Origin: Ignavibacteriota bacterium
GTDB taxonomy: Bacteria > Bacteroidota > Ignavibacteria > UBA10030 > UBA6906
Direction of reading: 5' to 3'
NCBI GenBank assembly: GCA_963811705.1
Contig: CAWESL010000007.1
Coordinates: 218,100 to 282,099 of the forward strand
Length of the DNA: 64,000 bases
Part shown: positions 1 through 9,008 of the stretch, piece after piece
Layout of the letters: each line of letters starts with the position of its first letter
How positions within the stretch are numbered: position 1 is the first letter of the stretch
Position numbers and translations under genes: made by a program
Notes under the pieces: model-generated
The model's input: only the letters and a program-made list of their open reading frames with translations
What the model was told of the DNA's origin: nothing
The model's database searches: none

Positions 1-238
1 GCGCAGAGAGCATATTCGACCCGATCCCCATGAACAACATGATGGCAACAACATGGCGTGCGGTTCTCATTTTGTCCACAATGGTAGTCTTATGGTGGCA
101 AAAGTGCCCTTCGAAGATACGCTGCGACGAATGCAGAATCAACGTGAATCGAGGATTGCCTTTAAACCCGACGGCCGAAACAAGAGTCTGAGTTAATGGA
201 CCGACGACCGACTAAATGTCCTACCTCAGGGATGGAAT

Positions 239-781
239 GTGATGATTCAATTGGCCCCGTTTCAGCTCCAGGACTTTGAGACGCTTATTTCCTGGATTGA
301 CACGCCCGAGGGATTGGTTCGCTGGGCGGGACCCCGCCGTTTTGTACACCCCATCGACGTCAAACAGTTGACCGTTCAGTTCTATGAAACACTCGGCCCT
401 GAACCCCGGAGCAGGATGTACAAAGCCCTTGCCGATGACGGGCGTGTGGTCGGGCACATCGAATTCGGCGGGATCGATTTAAGAGACGGGATCGCGACCA
501 TCTGCTGCGTCATCGTCGCTCCCGAAGAGCGCGGCAAGCATCTTTGTCTCCCGATGGTGCGGAGCGCCCTGCGCGTCGGTTTCGAAGAGCTCAATTTCCG
601 TCGTATCGAATTAAACGTCTACGACATCAATGATCGCGCAATCGCATGCTATGAGCGGGCGGGCTTTGTCCGAGAAGGGGTTCAACGCGAATCCGTGCAG
701 GTTGGCGGAAGGGTCTGGAATACGATTGTGATGGCGATTCTCCAGAAGGATTGGCACCCGGGACCCGCCGATGTCCTCTAA
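239..781 (+). CDS. GNAT family N-acetyltransferase (RimL/RimJ-like)
   Basis: 180-aa ORF with an acetyl-CoA binding core resembling GNAT motif A (IVAPEERGKHL...) and an ACYERAGF motif near the C-terminus. Confidence 0.7.
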   Translation: MMIQLAPFQLQDFETLISWIDTPEGLVRWAGPRRFVHPIDVKQLTVQFYETLGPEPRSRMYKALADDGRVVGHIEFGGIDLRDGIATICCVIVAPEERGKHLCLPMVRSALRVGFEELNFRRIELNVYDINDRAIACYERAGFVREGVQRESVQVGGRVWNTIVMAILQKDWHPGPADVL

Positions 782-915
782 CAGCGATGAGTAATCGTAT
801 GCGCGCTTACTCGTAGCGCAAGCTTGTGATCGGGTTAGCTGTCGCCGCCCTGAGCGACTGAAAGCTGACGGTAACAACGACAATCACAACATCGACAAGA
901 GCGGCAAGACTATAA

Positions 916-1476
916 TCAAGCACCCCTATTCCGACACGATACGCGAATTGCTTCAACCATTGGTTGATCAGGTAGGTCGCCAGTGGGAAACGAGGTGTTG
1001 GCCCCTTCAGACTCGGTCGACCAGTCTGGTCGACCTACTAAAGTTCGTCGCTTCTGTCGGTCGGCGATATAACTTCCTGATACAAGCCCGATGAACAGAG
1101 CCACCAAGAAAAAGGCCCCGACAAAGCCCACGTTGTGGAAGTATGAATCTGCAATGGTCGTACCCAAAAGCGCGGAGAGATCGCGAAGGAAGAGTTCGAC
1201 CAGAATTACCGCGATCGGTAATGAAATCACTGTCACCACTATTGCCTCCACAAGCGTTTGCGCCAGGAGATCGAAACGGCGGGCTCCAAACACTTTCCGT
1301 ACTCCCACTTCTCTTATCCGCAAACTCGCTCTCCCCAGACTTACGAGAAGGTAATTGACGCACGAAATGAACAGTATCAAAACCGCTACCGCTGTATAAA
1401 TGTAGACATTCGCGATATTCCCCTGTCGAAAGGTATTGTTAATCATGAAGGAGGAATGGAAATAAACATCCCTCAA
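916..1476 (-). pseudogene. FtsX-like ABC transporter permease, C-terminal fragment only (truncated remnant)
   Basis: A 186-aa ORF covers only the last FtsX transmembrane helices (LILFISCVNYLLVSLGRASLRIREVGVRKVFGARRFDL...). The N-terminal 250 aa or more expected for MacB/FtsX permeases are absent. The 3' tail runs into the ~75-bp repeat copy at 988-1064. Confidence 0.5.
988..1064. repeat. ~75-bp repeat, copy A (aaacgaggtgttggccccttcagactcggtcgaccagtctggtcgacctactaaagttcgtcgcttctgtcggtcggc)
   Basis: About 95% identical to copy B at 1657-1731 in direct orientation. It contains two copies of the self-complementary octamer GGTCGACC separated by agtct. Confidence 0.8.
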
Positions 1477-1570
1477 AGGAAAGAGATGAAACGATTCCGT
1501 TCGTGCCGGATCGAGGTGACGCTTTGAAAACTCGATGATATTGGTTTCCAGTTCTTTGACGTTCGCTGAT

Positions 1571-1615
1571 CAGACGGTCGACCAGTGTGGTGGACCTACA
1601 AAAGTCGTGTTCCTG
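1571..1615. repeat. degenerate partial third copy of the same repeat
   Basis: cagacggtcgaccagtgtggtggacctacaaaagtcgtgttcctg aligns to the core of copies A and B at roughly 70% identity. Confidence 0.45.
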
Positions 1616-1656
1616 GCGGATGGCCCAGGCTACCCTCAACAGAGGCGATTGAGAGA

Positions 1657-1731
1657 AACAAGGTGTTGGCCCTTTCAGACTCGGTCGACCAGTCTGGTCG
1701 ACCTACTAAATCGTCGCTTCTGTCGGTCGGC
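1657..1731. repeat. ~75-bp repeat, copy B
   Basis: Direct repeat of copy A. It lies upstream of the truncated FtsX fragment, so the fragment is bracketed by copies A and B. Confidence 0.8.
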
Positions 1732-1793
1732 CCGCCTGCCGCCACACAGATGGCGATCGAGAACAAGCAGCGGGCAAGCTTGCCAGAGCCGAT

Positions 1794-2231
1794 TTAGAGA
1801 AGGTACGGGATGATCCGTTTTGTTTGACGCGCATACTCAGCGTAGTGCGGATACATGTCGAGCAGGAGCTTCTCCTCAGGAAACATTCTCAGTACGGCGC
1901 CGGCGATCACCAGCATACCCAGGAGAACGTTGACAGTTCCGGGGTGCGAAAAGATCCCTGCCCAGGCAAAATAGAGCACGGCGGCATAGATAGGATGGCG
2001 AATATATCGGTAAGGGCCCGACCTCACAATGCCGCCTTCCGTGGGATTCGCAGCGGCATGGAAACTCCTCCACTTGAACGTTGCCCGGGCCCAGAGCATC
2101 AAGAGCACTGCGAGAGTCTGAACCACGATCGGGAGGGGGCTCGAGCCAAACAGTGATTCGCGGAAAATCAAGGCGACCATCGCGGCGACCATCAGGAGAA
2201 GTCCGGCCACTGATATTGTCTTGAAGGACAC
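1794..2231 (-). CDS. isoprenylcysteine carboxyl methyltransferase (ICMT)/phospholipid methyltransferase family membrane protein
   Basis: Hydrophobic 145-aa ORF with the family signature GPYRYIRHPIY and a C-terminal EE..L motif. Confidence 0.7.
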   Translation of the reverse strand: MSFKTISVAGLLLMVAAMVALIFRESLFGSSPLPIVVQTLAVLLMLWARATFKWRSFHAAANPTEGGIVRSGPYRYIRHPIYAAVLYFAWAGIFSHPGTVNVLLGMLVIAGAVLRMFPEEKLLLDMYPHYAEYARQTKRIIPYLL

Positions 2232-2429
2232 GAGGAGACCTCCAGATCCTTTTCCGAACCAGGGGGACTACAAAGCGGCAAATGCCTCAGGCGTAGAACG
2301 CTCTTTCGTGAACGGAGCCCGGACGATTTACAGGATCAACAGCGATCCCCCGCCCACCTCTGGTTTCTTCTACGACCAGACATCTGGGCCGACCAGGAAA
2401 CGTGTGGGAAGTATCGTGTTGGATCGCCT

Positions 2430-5114
2430 TCAAAGAGGGATCGTTAACGTAAACGTTGTCCCGTTCTTTTTCTCGATCCGAACCGTACCGGAAATCTGCT
2501 CCGCAAGGGCATCAATCAGCATCATCCCCATCGTCGCCTTCTGGTTTAACGCCTCCTCGAATGGGAATCCGATGCCGTCATCCTGCACGCGAAGCTCTGC
2601 GCTCGCGTCGCCGACCCGCCTGAGCGAGACCGTGACCGTCCCCTGGCGTCCATCCGGGAATGCGTGTTTCAGCGCGTTGGTGACCAGCTCATTCACGATC
2701 AACCCACAGGGAATCGCCAGATCGATTTGCAGCAGAATCGGTTCCATCGCCATGGCGATCGTCACCCCTGTTTTCCCGTGCGATCGGTAGAGGTCGTCGG
2801 TCATCGTGTTCAGATAATCCCCGAAGTTGATCTTCGACAGATTCTCAGACCGATAGAGCTTCTCGTGTACGAGGGCCATCGCCCGCACGCGCCCCTGGCT
2901 CTCCGCAAGGATGGGTTTCAATTGATCGTCTTTCAGGCGATCGGCCTGGAGGCTCAGCAGGCTGCTGATCACCTGGAGATTGTTCTTGACACGATGGTGA
3001 ACCTCCTTCAGAAGAATCTCCTTCTCGCGGAGCGATGCGACAATCAGTTCTTCCGCGCGTTTCCGCTCCGTGATATCCTCAACGATGGAGACCGTGGACA
3101 GGAGCGCGCCCTGCGAATCACGGATGGCCGATACCGTCAAGCTCGCCCAGAGGATCGAGCCGTCCTTCCGAACATAGCGCTTTTCCATGCGGGCGCTTTC
3201 CGAGACGCCGGCGATCATATTCTTTAACGCGTCCATGCCGATCTCCCGGTCATCCGGGTAGGTGAATTCGTTGAAGGTCATGCGGACCAATTCATCTTCG
3301 CGGTAACCGATAATCCTCTCGAACGCCCGGTTCGATCGGATCACCTTTCCCCGATTGTCCACGCTGAGAATGCCGACCGGAGATGATTCATAGATGACGC
3401 GGAAGCGCTCCTCGCTCTCGCGCAATGCCTCGACTGCTTGGAGCCGATTCTCTTCCACCGCGATCGCAGAGGCAATGATCCCGACTATACGCTGTTGACC
3501 CTTGTTGGGCAGGAAGTCCTTCTGGTACACAAGGCACAACGACCCGACGAATCGGTTTTCGAACCTGACCGCCTGTCCGACGTACGTCTTCAACTGATAG
3601 GGAGCGACGTTGGGGTCACTCTGGAAGTACGGAGTATCCGGAAGGTTCCGAACAATGAACGGATCTTCTTTCCCGAGTGAGATGACATCGTAGCAGATGT
3701 GACCTTCCGGACTGTCTTTGGGATTGTAGCCCGGCGGGGTATGCCATTGTCCCCAGGAGCACAGCATGCCTTCGTCCAGACGATTGTAGAGCGCACAGTC
3801 CGCCTCCAGCAGCTCTCCCGCAAGCGCTGTGAGACGGTTGATGTTCTCCTTCGGATTTGCGCCAAACCCCAGCAGGCACTCATTTAGTTTGGCAAGTTGT
3901 TCCGCGGATTCCTTCCGCTCGGTGATGTCCTGCGCCGTCCCGATCATGAACCGGTCACCAGCCATCTGGATCGATTCCACCGAAATCCGAAGGTCGCGAA
4001 TCTCCCCCGATCTCATGCGGGATCTGATATCCATTTCCCCGATGATCCCCTTCTCGGAAAGTTGCCGGACCATCTCGTCCCGTTGAGTGAAATCCGCCCA
4101 CAGATGAAGTTCCGCCGCAGTGCGGCCTACGATCTCATCCGGCAAGTAGCCGTGCAGTCGGGCGAACGCCTCGTTGACGTCGACAATCGTTCCTTCAGGG
4201 AAATGGGTCAGCACGATGCCCACCGGGCTGTGCCGGAAGATCGCCGAGAGTCGCGCCTCGCTTTCACGCAGCGCGGATTCGGTGGCCAATCGTCCCGTGG
4301 TAATCTCGGAAAAGATGATGATCCCGCCGACGTCGCCGGTGTGGCCGTACCATGGATGAACCTCCCACCGGAGACGGTCGACGCGCCCCCCGGGGTGTTC
4401 AAGGAGATCATCGTCCGAACTCTCCACCGAGCCCGCAAGGCACCTCCGATGGATCTCTTTCCATCGCTCGGGTATTTCCGGAAAGACATCGTAGTGGGAA
4501 CGTCCGATGATGTTTTGGGCGGTGAGTCCGTTCTCCGAGTAGAAACGACGGCTCACGGCAACATAGCGCATGGTCCGATCCAACATCGCAATGGAAGCGG
4601 GAGCATTGTCGACCAGGAGCTTCAGCGTCTGCTCGCTGGCGTGCAGTTCATTCCTGGCGCGCCGGAATCCCGTGACATCCTGGGCAGTGACCAGCAGAGC
4701 GCTCCCACCGTCGGAAGTGATTGCTTGCGCGCTAAGCTCGACGTCAGCGATCGACCCATCCTTCGATCGAAGGCAGGCGTCTTGCAAGGAGAGCGATGCC
4801 AACCCGCCGACTCCGACCTTCCCGGTAACGTGCGCAACGAGCGCCTCCGGATGAAACTCCTTCAGGGGGATGGCAAGAAATTCTTCGCGCGAATAGGCAT
4901 AGCGGTCCGTGGCTGCCCTGTTGACATCGAGACAGGCAAACGTCTGAAGATCGTATACCCACATCGGGATAGGGTGGTGAGAGAAGATCTGTCGAAACAT
5001 TGCGGCATTGGTCACAGGCGACACGCGAAGACCTTCCAGGAAAACCGCTCTTTGTGGGATGCGCTTGGGAAACGATAATCGGGTGCCCGAACGGTAATTC
5101 GTGATAGCCGTCAC
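2430..5114 (-). CDS. cytoplasmic multi-PAS/GAF sensor histidine kinase, HisKA_2 (HWE-like) type
   Basis: 894-aa ORF with several PAS repeats (multiple SxxITERKxAE-type PAS C-ends), a GAF-like segment, the H-box EVHHRVKNNLQVISSLLSLQ and an HATPase_c G-box (DDGIGFP). No TM helices seen. The start could instead be the internal Met near 5000. Confidence 0.85.
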   Translation of the reverse strand: MTAITNYRSGTRLSFPKRIPQRAVFLEGLRVSPVTNAAMFRQIFSHHPIPMWVYDLQTFACLDVNRAATDRYAYSREEFLAIPLKEFHPEALVAHVTGKVGVGGLASLSLQDACLRSKDGSIADVELSAQAITSDGGSALLVTAQDVTGFRRARNELHASEQTLKLLVDNAPASIAMLDRTMRYVAVSRRFYSENGLTAQNIIGRSHYDVFPEIPERWKEIHRRCLAGSVESSDDDLLEHPGGRVDRLRWEVHPWYGHTGDVGGIIIFSEITTGRLATESALRESEARLSAIFRHSPVGIVLTHFPEGTIVDVNEAFARLHGYLPDEIVGRTAAELHLWADFTQRDEMVRQLSEKGIIGEMDIRSRMRSGEIRDLRISVESIQMAGDRFMIGTAQDITERKESAEQLAKLNECLLGFGANPKENINRLTALAGELLEADCALYNRLDEGMLCSWGQWHTPPGYNPKDSPEGHICYDVISLGKEDPFIVRNLPDTPYFQSDPNVAPYQLKTYVGQAVRFENRFVGSLCLVYQKDFLPNKGQQRIVGIIASAIAVEENRLQAVEALRESEERFRVIYESSPVGILSVDNRGKVIRSNRAFERIIGYREDELVRMTFNEFTYPDDREIGMDALKNMIAGVSESARMEKRYVRKDGSILWASLTVSAIRDSQGALLSTVSIVEDITERKRAEELIVASLREKEILLKEVHHRVKNNLQVISSLLSLQADRLKDDQLKPILAESQGRVRAMALVHEKLYRSENLSKINFGDYLNTMTDDLYRSHGKTGVTIAMAMEPILLQIDLAIPCGLIVNELVTNALKHAFPDGRQGTVTVSLRRVGDASAELRVQDDGIGFPFEEALNQKATMGMMLIDALAEQISGTVRIEKKNGTTFTLTIPL

Positions 5115-5353
5115 TCATGACCGAGAGGAAACACCCGATAAGGATCTCAGGAAACGTAAGCAAAGTGACCGCGAAATGAAAGACCGCTTCGGACATCCGC
5201 GCCGGACCACCTCGCCTTCTTCGCTTGTATTTTTCGAATCTCTTTTGCTCCATACAAAGAGAGGATGTCCAGGATTCAATGGTGAAAGTCCAACCGCATC
5301 CTTGCACCCTGCGAGATTTCGTTGACCCTGCTTGAGTTTCCCGCTGCGTTCCC

Positions 5354-8002
5354 ATGGAAGGTTATTTCTTCATGATATCTCGGAACTTCATTGTATTCTT
5401 GTGTACCGTGCTTCCCCTTTGCAGCTTCTCGCTGGCAGAAGAGGATCCGGAGGAGATCGATTCGACACGTTCAGCGACGGTGAAGGCGCCGCGGGCATAT
5501 ACGGCCGCACGCCTTCAGGCTGGAGCTCCGGCGATTGACGGCGTTCTCGACGACTCTTGCTGGACGATGGGCCAATGGTCGGGAGGATTCATCCAATGGA
5601 TCCCGAAGGAAGGGGCACAACCATCCCAGCCAACCGAACTCAAAGTCCTCTACGACGACAAAAACATCTACGTCGCGATTCGGGCCTTCGACAATGAACC
5701 TGAGAAGATCATCCGGAAGGGCGGGAAACGCGATGGTTTTTACGGCGATGTCGTGGGGGTCACCTTCGACAGTTACCACGATCACCGGACGGGGTTTGAG
5801 TTTGATGTGACCGCCGCGGGTCAAAAGATCGACCTGGTCCTGACCAACCCCTCCACCCCGGATTTCAACTGGAACGCTGTCTGGGATGGCGCTGCTGGAA
5901 GCGAGGACTCCGCCTGGACGGCCGAGTTCCGGATTCCCTTGAGCCAGCTTCGCTACAGCGGCGATTCCGAACAGGTCTGGGGCATGCATTGTTGGCGCTG
6001 GATCGATCGGCTGCAGGAGGAAAGCGATTGGGAACCCCAATCCTCGACCGGGCCCGGCATCCTGTATCTGTTCGGTGAGCTTCACGGCATCCGGGATATT
6101 CCTCGCTCCCGCCGCATCGAAATTTTGCCGTACACCCTCGGCAAACTCAAAACATCGCGGGCGGAGCCCGACAATCCGTTCTCCCGGACCGGGACATCGT
6201 GGCTTGGCAACGGGGGCCTGGACGCGAAGATCGGCCTCACGAGCAATTTCACCGCAGACCTCACCATCAACCCCGACTTCGGTCAGGTCGAAGCGGACCC
6301 GTCAGTGATGAACCTGACGGCGTTCGAAACATTCTTCGAAGAGAAACGGCCGTTCTTTGTGGAAGGGAGAAACATTTTCGCGTTCGACTTCGACGACGCA
6401 AACATGTTTTACAGCCGGCGTATCGGCCACACCCCGACGTTTGTGCCCGCACTCTCTGCCGGAGAATACATGTCGTTCCCCGACTACACGACGATCCTCA
6501 GCGCACTCAAGGTGAGCGGGAAGACGTCGGATGGCCTCGCGATCGGCGTCCTCCAGAGTCTTACGAGCAAAGAGAATGCGACAATCAGCGGTCCGGGCTT
6601 CCGACAGAGTGTTGCCGTCGAACCGCTGACGAGTTACACGATTGCCCGGGTGGACCAGGACTTCGAGGAGGGAAATACCGTCGTCGGGGGTATCATGACG
6701 GCAACGGACCGGATGATCCGCGATCCGCAGCTCAGTTTCATGAACCGCGATGCGTTTACCGGGGGGATTGACCTGCTGCACCAATGGAATGACAAAGAGT
6801 ACTTCGTGACTGCCAAAGTCGTCGGGAGCACGATCGCCGGAAGCACCAATGCGATCACCAGCCTGCAAACGGCCCCGGCACGATACTACCAGCGACCCGA
6901 TGCCGGGGATGTTCGGTTCGACAGCACCCGGACGCGGCTCTCCGGCTATGGGGGTCAGCTACGCGTGGGGAAAGGAAGCAAGGGGCTCTGGCGGTATTCA
7001 AGCGAACTCGACTGGCGATCGCCCGGCCTCGATCTCAATGACGTCGGATTCATGCAGATTTCGGATATCATCAAATTCAGGAATTCGGTTTCGTACTTTG
7101 TCAATCAGCCGGAGGGGATCTTCAGGACCTACTCGCTCGGCGCTACGCAGACCAGCAATTGGGATTTCGGCTTGCACTACCTCTCCACCACGTTCGGGAG
7201 CACGGTGTACGGGGAATTTTTGAACAACTGGGCTCTGTCCGTCGGTTTTGCGTATTCCCCGGTAGCGCTTGACCCCCGTCTCTTGCGCGGAGGTCCCGCA
7301 ACACTCGTGCCGTCCACGTGGACGATCAACCTCTACGCGCGCACGGACCCCTCGCGACAAATCATCGTGGAGTGCAGCTACAACGCCGGCGCCTCTGGTG
7401 ACAACATCGGCCGCCTGTCTTCTGTCCAGCCCGCCGTCACCTTCACGCCATTCACGTCATTACGATTGACCGCGAGCGTCAATTATTTTTCGTCGCAGGA
7501 CAACCTGCAGTACGTCGAGGTGCAACCTTCCGGTCCCGACAGGCATGACCTTCTTGCACGGATAACACAGCGCTCTCTCGGCGTCACATTTCGCATCGAC
7601 TACAACATTACACCGGAGCTCTCGGTGCAATATTATGGAAGCCCTTTTGCTTCGGTCGGCCGATATGCCCATTTCAAATCCGTCGTGTCGCCCCGTGCGG
7701 AAGCATACGGCCAGAGGTTCATGGAAGTCGATGCCCTGCTCCGCGGACAAACCTACGATGTCGTCTCAGCGTCACCTTTCTCGTTTGCCAACCCCGATTT
7801 TGCATTCAGCCAGTTCCGGTCGAACCTTGTCCTCCGTTGGGAGTATCTTCCAGGGTCGCAGGTCTATCTTGTCTGGTCGCACGAACGGACGACATACGAA
7901 CAACCGGGGGCGGGAACAGTTGGCGCGGCGTTGGATGGACTTCTCTCCGCCGCACCGGGGAACATATTTCTGGCGAAACTGAGTTACTGGTTCAGTCTTT
8001 GA
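5354..8002 (+). CDS. DUF5916 / CBM9-like domain outer-membrane protein (carbohydrate-binding family 9-like)
   Basis: 882 aa with a signal peptide. The N-terminal region (LKVLYDDKNIYVAIRAFD...GFEFDVTAAGQK) resembles the CBM9-like/DUF5916 family. The long C-terminal part is beta-strand-rich and ends in an aromatic-rich tail (LSYWFSL), as in OM beta-barrels. Confidence 0.5.
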   Translation: MEGYFFMISRNFIVFLCTVLPLCSFSLAEEDPEEIDSTRSATVKAPRAYTAARLQAGAPAIDGVLDDSCWTMGQWSGGFIQWIPKEGAQPSQPTELKVLYDDKNIYVAIRAFDNEPEKIIRKGGKRDGFYGDVVGVTFDSYHDHRTGFEFDVTAAGQKIDLVLTNPSTPDFNWNAVWDGAAGSEDSAWTAEFRIPLSQLRYSGDSEQVWGMHCWRWIDRLQEESDWEPQSSTGPGILYLFGELHGIRDIPRSRRIEILPYTLGKLKTSRAEPDNPFSRTGTSWLGNGGLDAKIGLTSNFTADLTINPDFGQVEADPSVMNLTAFETFFEEKRPFFVEGRNIFAFDFDDANMFYSRRIGHTPTFVPALSAGEYMSFPDYTTILSALKVSGKTSDGLAIGVLQSLTSKENATISGPGFRQSVAVEPLTSYTIARVDQDFEEGNTVVGGIMTATDRMIRDPQLSFMNRDAFTGGIDLLHQWNDKEYFVTAKVVGSTIAGSTNAITSLQTAPARYYQRPDAGDVRFDSTRTRLSGYGGQLRVGKGSKGLWRYSSELDWRSPGLDLNDVGFMQISDIIKFRNSVSYFVNQPEGIFRTYSLGATQTSNWDFGLHYLSTTFGSTVYGEFLNNWALSVGFAYSPVALDPRLLRGGPATLVPSTWTINLYARTDPSRQIIVECSYNAGASGDNIGRLSSVQPAVTFTPFTSLRLTASVNYFSSQDNLQYVEVQPSGPDRHDLLARITQRSLGVTFRIDYNITPELSVQYYGSPFASVGRYAHFKSVVSPRAEAYGQRFMEVDALLRGQTYDVVSASPFSFANPDFAFSQFRSNLVLRWEYLPGSQVYLVWSHERTTYEQPGAGTVGAALDGLLSAAPGNIFLAKLSYWFSL

Positions 8003-8023
8003 CGTGACTGGATGTACGAGGAT

Positions 8024-8383
8024 TCAAGCTGCTACTACAGAGAATGTCTCGCCCCCAGCACCTCGACCGTCGCTTTCGAGGCGGAGTTTCCGAATCTCCA
8101 CTCCCGCGATGGTGAGCGTCATCGCGATGAACGGGCGCACAGCCCCGCGGTGGCATGAAATCACCCGGTGAAATCTCGCCGCGCCGTCGTGCAGCACGAC
8201 GGATTCGAACGGTGTCACGATACGCCCCTCCTCCCTGCCCCCAATCACCCATGGAGAGTGTTCAGCAACCTGGTCCAGCGTTAATCCTTGCCCTTTGAGT
8301 GATGCCTTCGGCACGGATGTCGAGCCGCTGGCAGAGTTGGAATCGATCGCCACGGACATTCTCATTCCTCGGAAAATGGGCAT
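8024..8383 (-). CDS. hypothetical small protein (119 aa), divergent from the MerR regulator
   Basis: ORF only, no confident family match. Transcribed divergently from the MerR-type gene, which is the usual MerR target geometry. Confidence 0.3.
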   Translation of the reverse strand: MPIFRGMRMSVAIDSNSASGSTSVPKASLKGQGLTLDQVAEHSPWVIGGREEGRIVTPFESVVLHDGAARFHRVISCHRGAVRPFIAMTLTIAGVEIRKLRLESDGRGAGGETFSVVAA

Positions 8384-8548
8384 TCTGGTCGAATTAATTA
8401 TTGGATATTTCGGCCGCTACTGCTGGCATGCGATGCGATGTGATTTGTATAAATATCAAGGATGCTGATATGTTGATATCCTGGAATCATGACCGCAGAA
8501 GCGCTTCCATAAACACCTGTTTACACCATCGGAGTCGTCGCACGCATA

Positions 8549-8935
8549 TTGGGCGTCTCCGTTCATACTATTCGTATGTATGAACAGTCAGGACTGCTGA
8601 TTCCATTCAAGGCCAAGAGTGGACAACGGCTCTACTCGACGCGAGACATCGATCGACTTCGGTGCATGCGCAATGCCATCACCCGAGACAAAATCAGCAT
8701 CCAGGGGATCCGCCGGATCCTCTCTCTCTCGCCATGCTGGAAAATCATCCATTGTACTGCTGAGGACCGTGCACAGTGTCCGTACTTCAACAGTCATTCG
8801 GCGCCCTGTTGGACCATGAGAAAACACGCCGACTACTGCGGAGTCCGGGAGTGCCGGTCGTGCATCGTCTATCGTGAGTTCGGCGATTGTCGAAGCATCA
8901 AAGATGTCCTGCTGCAACTCTTGCCTCCGGAATAA
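8549..8935 (+). CDS. MerR-family transcriptional regulator with Cys-rich C-terminal domain
   Basis: The HTH region YTIGVVARILGVSVHTIRMYEQSGLL matches MerR and extends upstream of the tracked TTG start. The open frame begins at 8513 with no ATG/GTG, so the start is unresolved or non-canonical. The C-terminus has 9 Cys (CWKIIHC...CPYF...CW...YCGVRECRSC). Confidence 0.6.
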   Translation: MGVSVHTIRMYEQSGLLIPFKAKSGQRLYSTRDIDRLRCMRNAITRDKISIQGIRRILSLSPCWKIIHCTAEDRAQCPYFNSHSAPCWTMRKHADYCGVRECRSCIVYREFGDCRSIKDVLLQLLPPE

Positions 8936-9008
8936 CCTGACCGCGTGATCGATTGGCCGACTCTGGAGGTCGATCTTCCCCGTTCTTCCTCATTATGGAG
9001 CGAATCCC

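Noticed and set aside
1-70. Possible N-terminus of a minus-strand gene running off the left edge (MRTARHVVAIMLFMG...)
   Set aside because: Only ~23 codons are visible, too little to support a call.
3897-5078. 393-aa plus-strand ORF
   Set aside because: Antisense to the PAS sensor kinase. Spurious.
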